DNA of 64,000 nt from Anthoceros angustus (lineage: Eukaryota > Plantae > Anthocerotophyta). Location: assembly GCA_010909165.1 (NCBI GenBank), contig MU008157.1:682001-746000 (forward strand). Reading direction: 5' to 3'. A program made the position numbers and the translations under genes. Numbering within the stretch: position 1 is the first letter of the stretch; each line of letters opens with the position of its first letter. Positions 23,608 to 34,759 of the stretch are shown piece by piece. The notes below the pieces were generated by a model, which ran no database searches, had not been told where the DNA came from, and saw nothing but the letters and a program-made list of their open reading frames with translations.

Positions 23608-24069
23608 TTTAGGATTGCTAAATCGCTTAGGTGCGGTTGGACTTCGGGTTTGCAAGCACTCCCAGCGCCCCACCTTTGTGGTAACGAAGAATCTTCGCAT
23701 GTGCAGTGACTGCCACAGGTCCATGGAGATCAAGGGATCAAACGCCAGAGCTAGCTTTTCAGCATGCCCACAAAGCATGTTTTCCTTTAGGATTGCTAAA
23801 TCGCTTAGGTGCGGTTGGACTTCGGGTTTGGATTTGGCTACTTCTTCATTTCCCTGACGGTCGACCCTCACTACTGCAACAACCAGCTTCCAGCTCCGAA
23901 CCAATGCCATCCCTTACAACAATCTCTCTGTTCAAGCACTCCCGGTGGGGCACCTTTGATGGTAACGAAGAATCTTCGCATGTGCAGTGACTGCCACAGG
24001 TCCATGGAGATCAAGAGATCAAACGCCAGAGCTAGCTTTTCAGCATGCCCACAAAGCATGTTTTCCTTT
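23608..24069. pseudogene. Scrambled, duplicated fragments of a DYW:KP-type deaminase domain
   Basis: Minus strand KENMLCGHAEKLALAF (x2) and plus strand STPGGAPLMVTKNLRMCSDCH (x2). Direct repeats 23608-23652 = 23786-23830 and 23653-23788 ~ 23933-24069. Confidence 0.85.
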
Positions 24070-24576
24070 CCTAATTTCTATTCTATCGTAACTCCAAGGG
24101 TTAAGTTAACCCCGTTGGCGGTTTTTGAGAAAATTCAGCGGTATGCATTTTCGAATTTGTGTTTTTTTGGTATAATTAATCCCCTTGAGATACAAACATG
24201 TAGGTACTCAAATAATATATGCGATCTAATAAAATTACACAATAAACCTACCAAAAAGATAGTGCTGCATCCAACACGTGATATCAAACACTCTCGTAAT
24301 TCACTCTAGATTCATGAAGTTGTTCTGCCCTCTTTGAGTGATAGGGGTTTTGCCGTGGGGCTGGATGCCTCTTAGAATGTCTCCCCCAACGATGTGATTG
24401 GCTGTGGGACCAAGTGCACCACAAAATTTCCCAGAGGCCACAGCATTGAAATACAATAAAATACAGGAAGCTAAGCTAGTGGCCACCACGTAGCCAGAAG
24501 AGAAAGAAAGGCTTGAGTTGGATAGAAACTCGGACGCTGGAAGTAGAGACTAGAATGGGAAGACCACCCCCTCCTC

Positions 24577-26070
24577 TCAAGCTATCACGCACGACTCATA
24601 CGTGGGCACCATGTACTTGATGTTGATAAAGGCGTCCTCTCCTCCATGCTGCTCGAAAAGCTCCAGTGTCTTCTGCACCAGATCACCTGTGCAGGTCTTC
24701 TTCTGCTGGGCATAGTCAATGCAGTCCCCGATGTTGTTCACATTGTTCTTGAAGATGTTCATTATGGGCAGAAGTTGTCTGTAGTAGGGAACCAGCGATT
24801 CACCCACCAGTTCTTCGGACTCCACCAGTTTCATCAGCAGCTGCAGAGCAAACGGTCAACGTGAATTAGGGTATGGCACATGAGAGATTGGGCATCCAGT
24901 ATTTGCAGTGGGAGAGACCAACCTGGAGAGTGATGTTGATCACGGGCTGGTCTCTTGTGTTGAGAGCTGTTTTGATAGGCACAATCAACTGTGGGATGAC
25001 AGGCAGGATTTTACCCTGTCCAACCTGCACCCAAGCAAGCCGTGGGTGTCAGGCAGAAGAGTGAGAGAGAGAGAGAGAGACCAAGGACTGTGTATCAGAG
25101 CGTTATCCAAAAAGGGTGGGCGAAGCGGGACGAACTGCAAGAAGATCTTCAATGCCCCTCACTGCAATAAAGCGGTAAGGATCTTCCTTCTCTCTGATAC
25201 CGTCAAAGAAAACAGGCAGGTAGTAGTGGTAGTCCAATTTGCTCACTTCTACCTTCCAAGCAAGCGACATTTTCACACCATTGTGCTCTACTTGCAGGGG
25301 AAGGTCGCCTCTTTCATAGAACTTCCTGAACTGGAAAATTCAATTTTACAGCTGGAATCAGACGGATGGCCATAACCTACTCCTTCCCCCGATAGCCACT
25401 CTGCTGCTAACACCACATGACCTGGAAACGTCAGAAATGCAATGCAATGGACTGGAGAGACCATGCTTGCTCTGTCGCTTCCTGGCAGGTGGTCTTACGA
25501 GAGAATTAGGTGGGTTATCACGCTTTTTAAAGGCCCCACCCAAGGGAGGCAAAGCCTTAGGAACAGGGTGCTTCAACTCCCCACTCTTAATCTTGGCTCC
25601 GTCTCCTTTACGAGTAAAATCCTTTGGAAACTTCCTAGGGACTCTATGTCTGCTCACGTAAATGAACCAAATGCAGCCCACCGTCACCCTACGTCAGCAG
25701 AGGCTTTGGCCTTCCATCATCAACACAAGCACATGCAAGCAGAGGCGGAAGGCCCACCTGTACTCCCCACTCGCAGAATAGTAGGGCAAATCCTTCACGG
25801 GTATGTGCAGCATAATATGCCTCCCAGCCCTCCTGTGAAGCTGCCCAGAAGCAGGACAGGAGGTCAGGCTCTCTGGGGCAGCATGCATTGCACACAGAAC
25901 GGTGCTGCCGAGCCCTCTGCACTCACCGGAACCGGCAGAGTCCTGTCGAAGGAGGAGAGCGACTGGGGGGGAGTCTCCATGGTGGGCTTCCCCTTGATCT
26001 TGGCCTCCACATGCTCGAAGGTGAACAACTGGCCCGAGACATCTCCGGGCACCAACTTGGGGACCACCAT
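24577..26070 (-). CDS. PACRG: Parkin co-regulated gene protein (axonemal inner-junction protein), multi-exon; start uncertain
   Basis: Spliced exons give [11 protein letters not shown]...[24 protein letters not shown]...[21 protein letters not shown]...[17 protein letters not shown]...[13 protein letters not shown]. Confidence 0.93.
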
Positions 26071-27029
26071 TGCGCTGCGCTCGTCTGTGGATGGCAACTC
26101 TGAGCACGGGCAGACGCAGGTTCGACTCCCAAGCTCGCTCACAGGAACATCATGTAATTCGGTGGGCCACTGCTATGCTCGTGGGTACATGGCCGCAGTC
26201 CATGGCTGTACACTGCACTGGCCCGGGAGTCGGAAAGGCAGGCAACCACCTCGGCCAGGGAGCGAGGCGCGCGGGAGAGACCCCCGAGCCGGATGCAGAG
26301 AAACACGAAAGACATGGAGATACGAGACGGTTCGCCGGGGTCATGGGACATGTCATGTGAAGCCTCCCCTCTCCCGCTCAACCGTGACTTTTATCCCTAT
26401 ATACTTAACTATATTAACTTCCTACTAACATGTGCTCCTTCAGATAATTCTCCTCCTCTCAAAGCAATTCGATGAGTATCCAAAAATTCTTTGGACATGG
26501 GTTCCAAAAGTGTTCTATATTATATTTCTGACTTTCTAACAACTATGCATTCAACGAAGAGATTTGTATTCTTTTGATATTCATATTTTATATTTCTTAT
26601 TTTATTATGAAAGAATACCTATTATACTTCAAATGAAAATCATTTCAACATGAACTCAATGAATACAATCAGAAGAAAAATTCATGAGTAATTTTTTAAA
26701 TAGATTTTAGGACTTGTAAGATTTATAGGAAATTAAAATTAAAAAATATATTTATTATTTCTCAATTTTACTTTCTGGATTATAGATAACTAAAGAAGAG
26801 ATGGTTGCTTTGTGTTAAAAAGGATATAAATAATTTATAAAAATATATGATTTTTTTATAAAAGGAATATGATGTTTGATATAGTTTATTTTGATGTAAA
26901 ATTTTGATAATATTATCTTAATTTAATCAAAATACAACATAAAATATGAGGATATATAAAATTCCTCAACAATTTGTTTGGACGGCATGGAGAAATTCTT
27001 CACTCCGTTAAGAAGGTGAATTCTTGTGG

Positions 27030-27505
27030 AAGTGTAGGGCTGCTGCGTATTGGCTTTCGTAGGATGTTCCTACAGCTGCGAGTTCTCAATTGGATGGTGT
27101 TGAGTAGGAGTATAGAGCTGCCCATTTGCATTCCTACAACGGTATTCTCTAGTGAATGGTGTTGAGTAGGAGTGTAGAGCTTCTCATTAGCATTCCCGTA
27201 GCTGCGTGCTCTAGATTGGATGGTGTCAAGTAGGAGTTCGTTACAGTGGAAATTCTAAAATTTTATATAACGAAAAATTGTGGATTTAGTGCTACAAAGA
27301 AGTGTGGATTAAGTGTGTCGAGTGAGAGTCCGTTATTACCGAGTAGGAGTGCAAAGCTGCCCATTGGCTTTCCTATGATCGTGTTACGTAGCGATGAGAT
27401 GATATCAAGTACGAGTAGGAGTCCGTTATAACCGAGATACTACAATTTTACACGACGAAAAAGTGTGGATTATTTGCTACAAAGAAGTGTGGATTAAGTG
27501 TGGTG
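27030..27505. repeat. Composite degenerate repeat array (about 62-bp unit x4 plus an about 85-bp segment x2)
   Basis: Recurring gagtaggagt(a/g)tagagct...catt(t/a)gcattcc...tggtgttgagtagg, and a duplicated aaaa(t/a)gtgga...tgctacaaagaagtgtggattaagtgtg at about 27275 and 27460. Confidence 0.75.
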
Positions 27506-27542
27506 AATGTATATTGGACACATGACCTTCAAATCTTTGGTT

Positions 27543-28260
27543 TGACACTCTCCCAACTAAACTATCCCCGGACATAATATGACTGAATATTTTATCAAAA
27601 AATAACCTTTACAAAACTCTTTTATCATCTCTTAGTTTTCAAGAACAAAGTACAAAGAACAACGAGAGCAAAGTCGAAGAGAGAATTTGTATCAACAGAA
27701 AAAATCACAAAAATTGAGGGACATGGGGCCCTCTATACCACTCCACAACACTCGGAAGCCCATGGCTTTGCACACACCCTTTATGCCATGGTACTCAGAC
27801 AGGTTGTCTTTAGATAGCATTATGAAGGTTTGTGCACAGGCGGAGGCTGGCCCTAGCAGCCTTGTAGTTAACAACGACTTCTAACCTGTAATTAGCAGGG
27901 AGCCAACCAAGGCAGAGTTGTGAAGGCTAGCTTCCTGTTTTTTATCATATTTTTTGATTTTGTAAAGAGAGTGCCCCATGGCTTTTGGGTGATGTGAATT
28001 GATTCGTGTGTATGACCACTTGGGGGCATTTGTTAGCTACCTCGGATGTAAACCAAGGACATGTGCATGGGGGAGGAGGGGGACATGGAGTGCTCCATTG
28101 ATCCAATTTTAGTTGGTGTCGAGTCCATCTCAAAGCTCTTCTTGAGATGGAAGCCTGGTAAAATTTAAAGAAAATAAAAAAAACATACACCATAATTCAT
28201 CCAAAAAACAGTTATAGCACGCTTTTGGCAGTAGAAGGGGTGGGCATTCTGGGGTTAACA
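27543..28260. mobile_element. Possible old solo LTR
   Basis: Starts TGACACTC and ends GGGGTTAACA; flanks TGGTT/TTGTT (4/5 match); contains a reversed TATA-like motif near 27735. Weak call. Confidence 0.3.
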
Positions 28261-29389
28261 TTGTTGTTGCCTTGTGAGCAACCTGCTATGAAATAGTTAG
28301 TGGGGCCTTATGCTCGTGTGCTCTGATGGAGCTTGGAGATCCTCTAGCATTGAGCAAGTAAATTACAAGCCCTCAAGTTTCAAGAGAAATTTACCAAAAA
28401 TAAAAAATATCTATTTTAGCTTGCTGAACCCGTCTCAAAATTTAAATAAAACCTTTAGCACAAGTGTCACGTGCAAGATCTCGATTCCAGGTCTAGCTTT
28501 CATTCATGGACTCGGATACCTTGTCATCATGAATGAGCATTCGGGAATGGCTGCTCTCTATCTCGTGCATTTCGCTTACACAGTCTTGGTTCAAGAACCT
28601 GGCAGTCCCCTTCTCGGGTAACACATAGTCTTGATTCAAGAACCAAGCGATCCTACTCTCGGATAACCGTAAGGAACTCATGTCCTATTCTATGTAACCG
28701 TATATCTATCCTAATTACCCGTATTCAATTTCAATAATTTATGAATCATCTAGTATACATACTATTTGATTTATTGCACATCTTTTTGCCCAATATGACT
28801 TATTGTTAACCTTTAAGGTCCCTTCTTCAGCAGTGACATTCTAGCCATGAGTTCGGTGGAACTTGGAATTAAGCAACCCCTATTCAAATCAATATCGAAG
28901 TGCGGCATCATCTATCCATAGTTGTTCTTGTCCCTTTGTGGCTTGCTTATTGTGAAGCCTTTTAGGTCCTAATTTCTTGGCCCTTAGTGGCATGCGTACT
29001 GTGATGTCTTATGAGGCTTCTAATCAATCAGGTTCGTAACTGGCCGTTTAATAAGATAGTGTGGAAGAAGGCCCTTCTAGACCCCTTACATTAAGTGGGA
29101 TATAAAATACTCGTACTCGATATGTGTTCACGAAAAAGAATTGCAGTAAAGAATGCCATGTGTAAAATTGTGGATCATCCAGGACGCTTGGTTTTTTATC
29201 CAAGCCAAGCCACACCTACTAAAAAACAATTCTAATCAATTTGTTTACCAAGATATTTAGGATTTAAATAGAAATGTGAATCGAAAGTAAGTTTTCCTAT
29301 TGTTACCTTGATAATGTGATAATAGTCTTTAGCACGAGGAACAGTATTGATGGGAGTTAATGGGGAGTCACAACAAGGTTGCATCATTT

Positions 29390-30709
29390 TCAAAATAATA
29401 ACCACAAATATATTGATATCCATATTGTCAATGAGATAACAGACAATATATATCCCCAAAACAACACAATTGAAGACTCTTTTTCTCCATAGCCGTGTAA
29501 CTGTGCAATAGTACCAATATTTATAGCACTAGGTACACTAAATTGTAGTAGTAAGACAAAATGGAACATCTTATCCTCAGGAAGTAGAAATCCTAGTGAT
29601 GCTGCCATCTGTACTACAAAAAGACCAATTATAGGTAATACAACTAATCGAACGGCACAAATTCCTGCTATTGTAATGGGTTGAAGGTCTGAATCCGAAG
29701 CACCTTCTGACAAATTTCCACCTAATACTAGGTTCATTGAAGGAATCATAGCCTCTCCAAACAAGTTAGCACAAGATATAAGAATGGAAAACGGTCCTAC
29801 AAAAAACAAATCTTTTAAAGGTGGGATAGCGCCAACTATAAACCCAAGTAAGGCAGCAGTAGTTGGAGGAGTAAAAACTCGTTTCAATAACTTTTCATGT
29901 GGTAGCGGGGGCATATTGCTTATAGAAGCAAGTGACAATGATGATAAACTCATCATTGATGAGTTAACACCAAGTGGTGAGGAAGAAGTTTGTGGAGGAG
30001 TCTCTTGCCATTGATTGGTTAATACTGGTTGAGTTGTCCCGATATCTAAAGCTTCCAGTTTTAATTCGGTTGAGTTTGAAAATGGAGAATCTGCTACAGA
30101 AACTGTCGTTGAAGCTCCATTAACTATTGTTTCATAGTTTCCTTCTTGTAATTCAAGGTTTCCAAAGGTTGCTTCAACTTCAGTAGGAGGGCGCTCGTCA
30201 GGTTTCAACATGTTGTAAACTATTGTCCATGTCAATATAATGGCAACACACATTCCAAAAGAAACATAAGAAATCGCATGATCAGAGCAAACATTGGCAG
30301 CTCCAAAAGGACTCCGTTTGTCTGAACACAATGCCGGAATAAGAACTAATGGCAAGTTTCCTGCATTTCCGGCTGCACAAGATGCTATTGTGAGGCGATT
30401 GAGGTGTTGTGGAGGTTTGGAAAGAATCACAACAGCATATCCAAGACTTGCTCCAATTGCAAAACATATCATCACATTAAATGGAATATACCACCACTTA
30501 ATTAGATTTTCCAATGTAAGTGCATTAGCTAGCTTTGTGAAAACTAAAGCTGGTGTAAAAACTAGAAAGACCAGTTTGTTCAAACTTTTACGTGCATTTT
30601 TATCAAATGCATTCACCTGTGGTTGAGCTATAATGGCTCCTACCGCACATGTTATCAACACAATCATTACTGGATAGCATGCCATAGAAAAAACTGCCCC
30701 GAATCCCAT
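29390..30709 (-). CDS. PIN-LIKES (PILS) auxin carrier family protein, intronless
   Basis: Uninterrupted ORF of about 439 aa from ATG 30709: LNKLVFLVFTPALVF, WWYIPFNV, SCAAGNAGNLPLVLIPALC...SPFG and VLLLQFSVPSAINIGTIAQL. A/T-ending codons dominate. Confidence 0.93.
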   Translation of the reverse strand: MGFGAVFSMACYPVMIVLITCAVGAIIAQPQVNAFDKNARKSLNKLVFLVFTPALVFTKLANALTLENLIKWWYIPFNVMICFAIGASLGYAVVILSKPPQHLNRLTIASCAAGNAGNLPLVLIPALCSDKRSPFGAANVCSDHAISYVSFGMCVAIILTWTIVYNMLKPDERPPTEVEATFGNLELQEGNYETIVNGASTTVSVADSPFSNSTELKLEALDIGTTQPVLTNQWQETPPQTSSSPLGVNSSMMSLSSLSLASISNMPPLPHEKLLKRVFTPPTTAALLGFIVGAIPPLKDLFFVGPFSILISCANLFGEAMIPSMNLVLGGNLSEGASDSDLQPITIAGICAVRLVVLPIIGLFVVQMAASLGFLLPEDKMFHFVLLLQFSVPSAINIGTIAQLHGYGEKESSIVLFWGYILSVISLTIWISIYLWLLF

Positions 30710-31599
30710 TTTCCTTTCTAACAAACTTCGAAATCTATTAGGTTATATTTGTCATACATATGTACAATGCATGCCATTTAGATAACACTAATTGTGAAAC
30801 ATTGTTCCGGTTTTGCATAGTTGCAATTGTACAATCTGCAAAAGGTGTAAATCTTCCCATACTCTATTTTAAGGATTTTGCATGAAACATAACAAATATA
30901 GAACTAGGAACATCTTTCTGCCTACAACGCTTGTATAGTCTAGATGTACCTATCATACTCTATATCTATATCACCAAAATCCACTAATAGATTCAAATGG
31001 TTTTTGAAGTTTCCTCTTACTTTACTTTGGATAATTTAAGAAGTAAATTTATCCATGAAATATTAGTTGGGTTATTTTTATTTTTATCATAATAAAATAA
31101 ATAAAAATATTCATATAAGAGACATAATTATGATCAAAAACACCGTTTTTTAAAGTAAAGTAAAAGAACAACTAAGTAGATATACATTTTCACAAGCTAT
31201 GACTATGTATCAATGAGTGGTTATGAGGGATAGGCTCGCGGAATCATAGAGTTACAAAAAAGAACATATCACAAATGTGACAAATATGAACAACGCAAAT
31301 ATGTACAACAAAATATGGAACTAAAATGGAATTCAGTATATGCTAGCATATAGTATTATTTTATTTATAAAAATATAGTATGTAAGAAGGTAATAGGTGA
31401 ATCATTTCACAATCATTTTAGCGGACTTTTAAAACCAGATATTTATGAAAAAATATACAATTTCTGAAATAATGTATAATGGTTGAGAGTTATTCCACCC
31501 ATTGATTTTTTTATTACCTTTTATTTTAATTTTTTAAATTTTTAGGTGTAGATATATCAAAGTTACTTCACATCCAAGCCTTGCACAAGGAATTCATTC

Positions 31600-31618
31600 A
31601 GGGTTTAGGGTTTAGGGT
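31600..31618. repeat. Short interstitial plant telomere repeat / telo-box
   Basis: AGGGTTTAGGGTTTAGGGT. Confidence 0.8.
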
Positions 31619-33286
31619 ATCAAGTCTTCTTCCTACCTCTTTATCCAAGATTATCTAGATCACAAATTTCAGAATCCAGGCTCCTAAAATGCGCATGTGC
31701 TAGAAGCTTTAGCCCTGTGTATGACCTTCAGTATACATTGAGCAAATGACATAAAGACTCATCATTTCCTTAACACCTTGGTCGACATGAGGTCACAAGA
31801 CCACATAGTGCTGTGTTCACACCTCACAAATTATACCAATAAACAGAAAATATAGATATATATTATAAAACATGATTATTTTGAATGGTGAGTGGATTGT
31901 GACTATCTAGTTTTTATCCATCTTGATGTCTTCTTCTTTACAAAATGCAATCATAAAGCATTGTAAGTCAAAATCATCCTTTGCATAAATGTTTTCTTTT
32001 CCATGTTTTATGAGAAAAATATCACGTCTTTACAAATGTTAGTACTTTATGCACATGGTTGACTTGTAACGATTGCTTTATGTACATATTTGATTTGTAA
32101 GGAGTTGCTAGTATAGTATAGAATAAGAGAAAAAGTTCCCAAATATATTTTAGAGATTTGTTTTGTTTATAGTATTTGATTAAGTAAGATTTTTCCTATG
32201 TCAAACAACATTTTGCGAGACTCACTGAACATAAATCATACAGAAGTCATGTTTCAACTCTTTCTAGGTTTTTCATAAGTATTCTTAGTTATTGCATATT
32301 TGAGATTTATATTTATTGGAAGAGATATTGCTGGTATTTTGTGGGTGATATAGAAAGCAAAAAAAAATCATGGAGGTAATTTTTAATTTATTATATTTGT
32401 AAAATCTAATTAAAATTTTAATGTACATATGTGGAAATAGAAAACACAACTACGTATGTTAGTATTTTTCATCATCTTGTTTTACATGAGACGAAAGATT
32501 GAATGTGGGTGTTAGGTTGTTGTTTATTTTTATAAGATAATTTCATCTTGAGATAAGATATAAAAAAATTATATACATATCTACATAGAAATATGAGTCC
32601 ATGTATGACAGATAATAATATTATACAAATATATATCATCATTATATCTAAGTTTACGTACTTTATGTAATATAACAGAGCATACTAGCAACCTAGCTAG
32701 CGTACTCGGGCTGATCAAATCATCTCACTACATGTTGGTAGTACCAGTATATAGGCACGAGCTAAATGGGTTAGGAAAGGGTAATTTATTTTCAGTAAAA
32801 TAAAGTTAGATATTTTGCAGCTACTGCCGGCAGACGGGCGGATACACGGAACCTGTCCGGGTAAGACAAACCCCAAATTGGCAGATCCGGAACAGCGGGA
32901 GGTGCGGAGAGGAAGACGCGGTTCGCATATCCTGAAAGGCGTCGGACGTGAAAGGTGAAAAGGATGAAAGGACTGCATCGATGCACCTTCTGTCGTAAAC
33001 AATAGCGAGGTTCGGAAAGCTGGTAAGGCTAGGCTACCACATCCCGAGGATGAAAAGGCGCAAGATGAAGAGTCCGATGCGCGACAATTCCGGTGGGCAA
33101 TCACCTGGTGCGCATCCTGCCATCCCACTGTAATGCTCACACGCCTCGTTCAGATTGTGGTTGTGGGAGATGATGTAACATGAGCATCCCTGGCGAATGT
33201 AAGGAATTAAGCAAGCACAGATGTGGCTTGATAGAGCATGTGTGGCACAAAGATGGAACCTGCGATTGGCTGAACCGGTGGCATGA

Positions 33287-34426
33287 ATGTGCATGTCTCC
33301 AATGGATCGGACAGTCGCGGAGCTGGAGTTCTCCCGGGGCGTGTGCAACAGCGGGGAGGGCAGCAGCAGGGTCCCGGACAGAGAGGTGGTGATGGACCAG
33401 GGTTTGTGGAGCAACTTGCCGGAGGATGTGGTGGATCGGATCCTGGCCTGGCTCCCGGTCGCCAGCTTCTTCCGCTTCAGGACGGTGTGCAAGCGGTGGA
33501 GCTACATCATGTTCTCCAGCAGCTTCTTGGAGGCATGCTCCTACGTGCCCGCGCACTCTCCCTTCTTCCTCAAGGTGGCCAATTTCGAGAACTCGAGAGT
33601 GCTCACCAGCTACGATCCCGCCGGCAACAAATGGCACAACATCCCTATGGATTTCCTGCCCTACCACGTCGGCTACCCCGTGGCCGCCTCCCGAGGCCTG
33701 CTCTGCTTCATCAACAAGATCCACGGCTACATGGACGACTTCACGTCCCTCTTCATCTGCAACCCGCTCACCAGGCACTGGCGGGAGCTCCCCGCCATGC
33801 TCTCCAAGCAGCGGCCCATCCTGGTAAGCATGGTGGTGGACAGGAACACCAAGGCGTACAAGGTTATCGTGGCGGGGCTGGTGGCCACGGAGGTTTTCGA
33901 CTCCGGCGCCAACAGCTGGAAGAAGTCTGGCAGCCTGCCCCGCGGGGAGGAGATCTCCCGCAACATCGCCTACTGCAACGGCCTCCTCTACTGCCTAGCC
34001 CCGCGCTGGTACAACTGCATTCTGCTCTCGTACAACGTCGGGCAGGAGACCTGGGCCAGGGTGAAGACGGGGCGCCTGCCAGGGTACTGCCAGTTCCGGC
34101 ACCTGGTGGAGTGCAAGGGCCATCTCGTGATCGTCGGCAAGTCGGTGAGGCATCAGATCCTCACCATCTGCATCTGGCTGCTGGAGCAGCGCACCATGAA
34201 GTGGCGCGAAGTCGGGCGGATGCCGCAGTGGATGTCCGACCTCTTCCTGCGCAGGCCGTCGGAGAGCTTCTACTGCTCCGGCCATGGCGACCTCATTTTC
34301 CTCACCCGCGACAACTACGAGCAAGGCCTCTTGTGCGATCTGACGCAGAAGTCTTGGCGCTGGGTTCCCTCTTGCCCTAATTTTGACGCCCTTTCCTTCG
34401 AGCCGAGGCTCGACACCTTGGTTTGA
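33287..34426 (+). CDS. F-box protein with kelch-like C-terminal domain, intronless
   Basis: LWSNLPEDVVDRILAWLPVASFFRFRTVCKRW F-box, followed by VAASRGLLCF, FICNPLTRHWRELP and HLVECKGHLVIVG. Confidence 0.93.
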   Translation: MCMSPMDRTVAELEFSRGVCNSGEGSSRVPDREVVMDQGLWSNLPEDVVDRILAWLPVASFFRFRTVCKRWSYIMFSSSFLEACSYVPAHSPFFLKVANFENSRVLTSYDPAGNKWHNIPMDFLPYHVGYPVAASRGLLCFINKIHGYMDDFTSLFICNPLTRHWRELPAMLSKQRPILVSMVVDRNTKAYKVIVAGLVATEVFDSGANSWKKSGSLPRGEEISRNIAYCNGLLYCLAPRWYNCILLSYNVGQETWARVKTGRLPGYCQFRHLVECKGHLVIVGKSVRHQILTICIWLLEQRTMKWREVGRMPQWMSDLFLRRPSESFYCSGHGDLIFLTRDNYEQGLLCDLTQKSWRWVPSCPNFDALSFEPRLDTLV

Positions 34427-34759
34427 TCATTCTCGCCGCATCCCTTTGCATCCTATCTCTCATCGCTAGCAAAAGGAAGCAACCGCTCATGGAAGCTACA
34501 ATGTCAATAGCCAAGTACATCAGCAGGCATGGCCGAGATTTCAGAAAGAACGCCCTTAACACAAAAGTTCAAACATGACTTAAGCCAAGCTGTTGTCGCG
34601 TCCACCGGCTACGGCCTGGCTCATCTCCTGCCTTTCTCACCATCTGTGTGCTAGTGAGCTCAACATGGAAACACAGGCTGCTGAAGAAAGAAAGCGGGGA
34701 GTGATCCTGATACCTCGCAAATCTTGTTTTGGTCATCATCAACATGTTTTGCAACAATT

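Larger units (their letters stand above)
26400..32820. other. AT-rich compositional island (about 6.4 kb) between divergent PACRG and F-box genes
   Basis: Abrupt switch from GC-rich gene sequence to long A/T runs (e.g. 26520-26960, 31020-31560, 32280-32680). Judged by eye; not computed. Confidence 0.85.

Noticed and set aside
23608-24069. Hairpin or siRNA precursor from the DYW fragments
   Set aside because: The repeated blocks are direct repeats of each other; no long inverted pair exists within the locus.
25442-26428. 328-aa plus-strand ORF
   Set aside because: Antisense to PACRG 5' exons and promoter, with no recognisable motifs.
28310-28332. PBS-like ccatcagagc on the minus strand
   Set aside because: It lacks the TGG start and an adjacent LTR end; the match is too short.
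29220-29390. Poly(A) tail or TSD proving PILS is a retrocopy
   Set aside because: No poly(A) tract or flanking duplication is visible, so retroposition is unproven.
33137-34380. 365-aa and 213-aa ORFs overlapping the F-box gene
   Set aside because: Alternative-frame and antisense by-products of high GC3.
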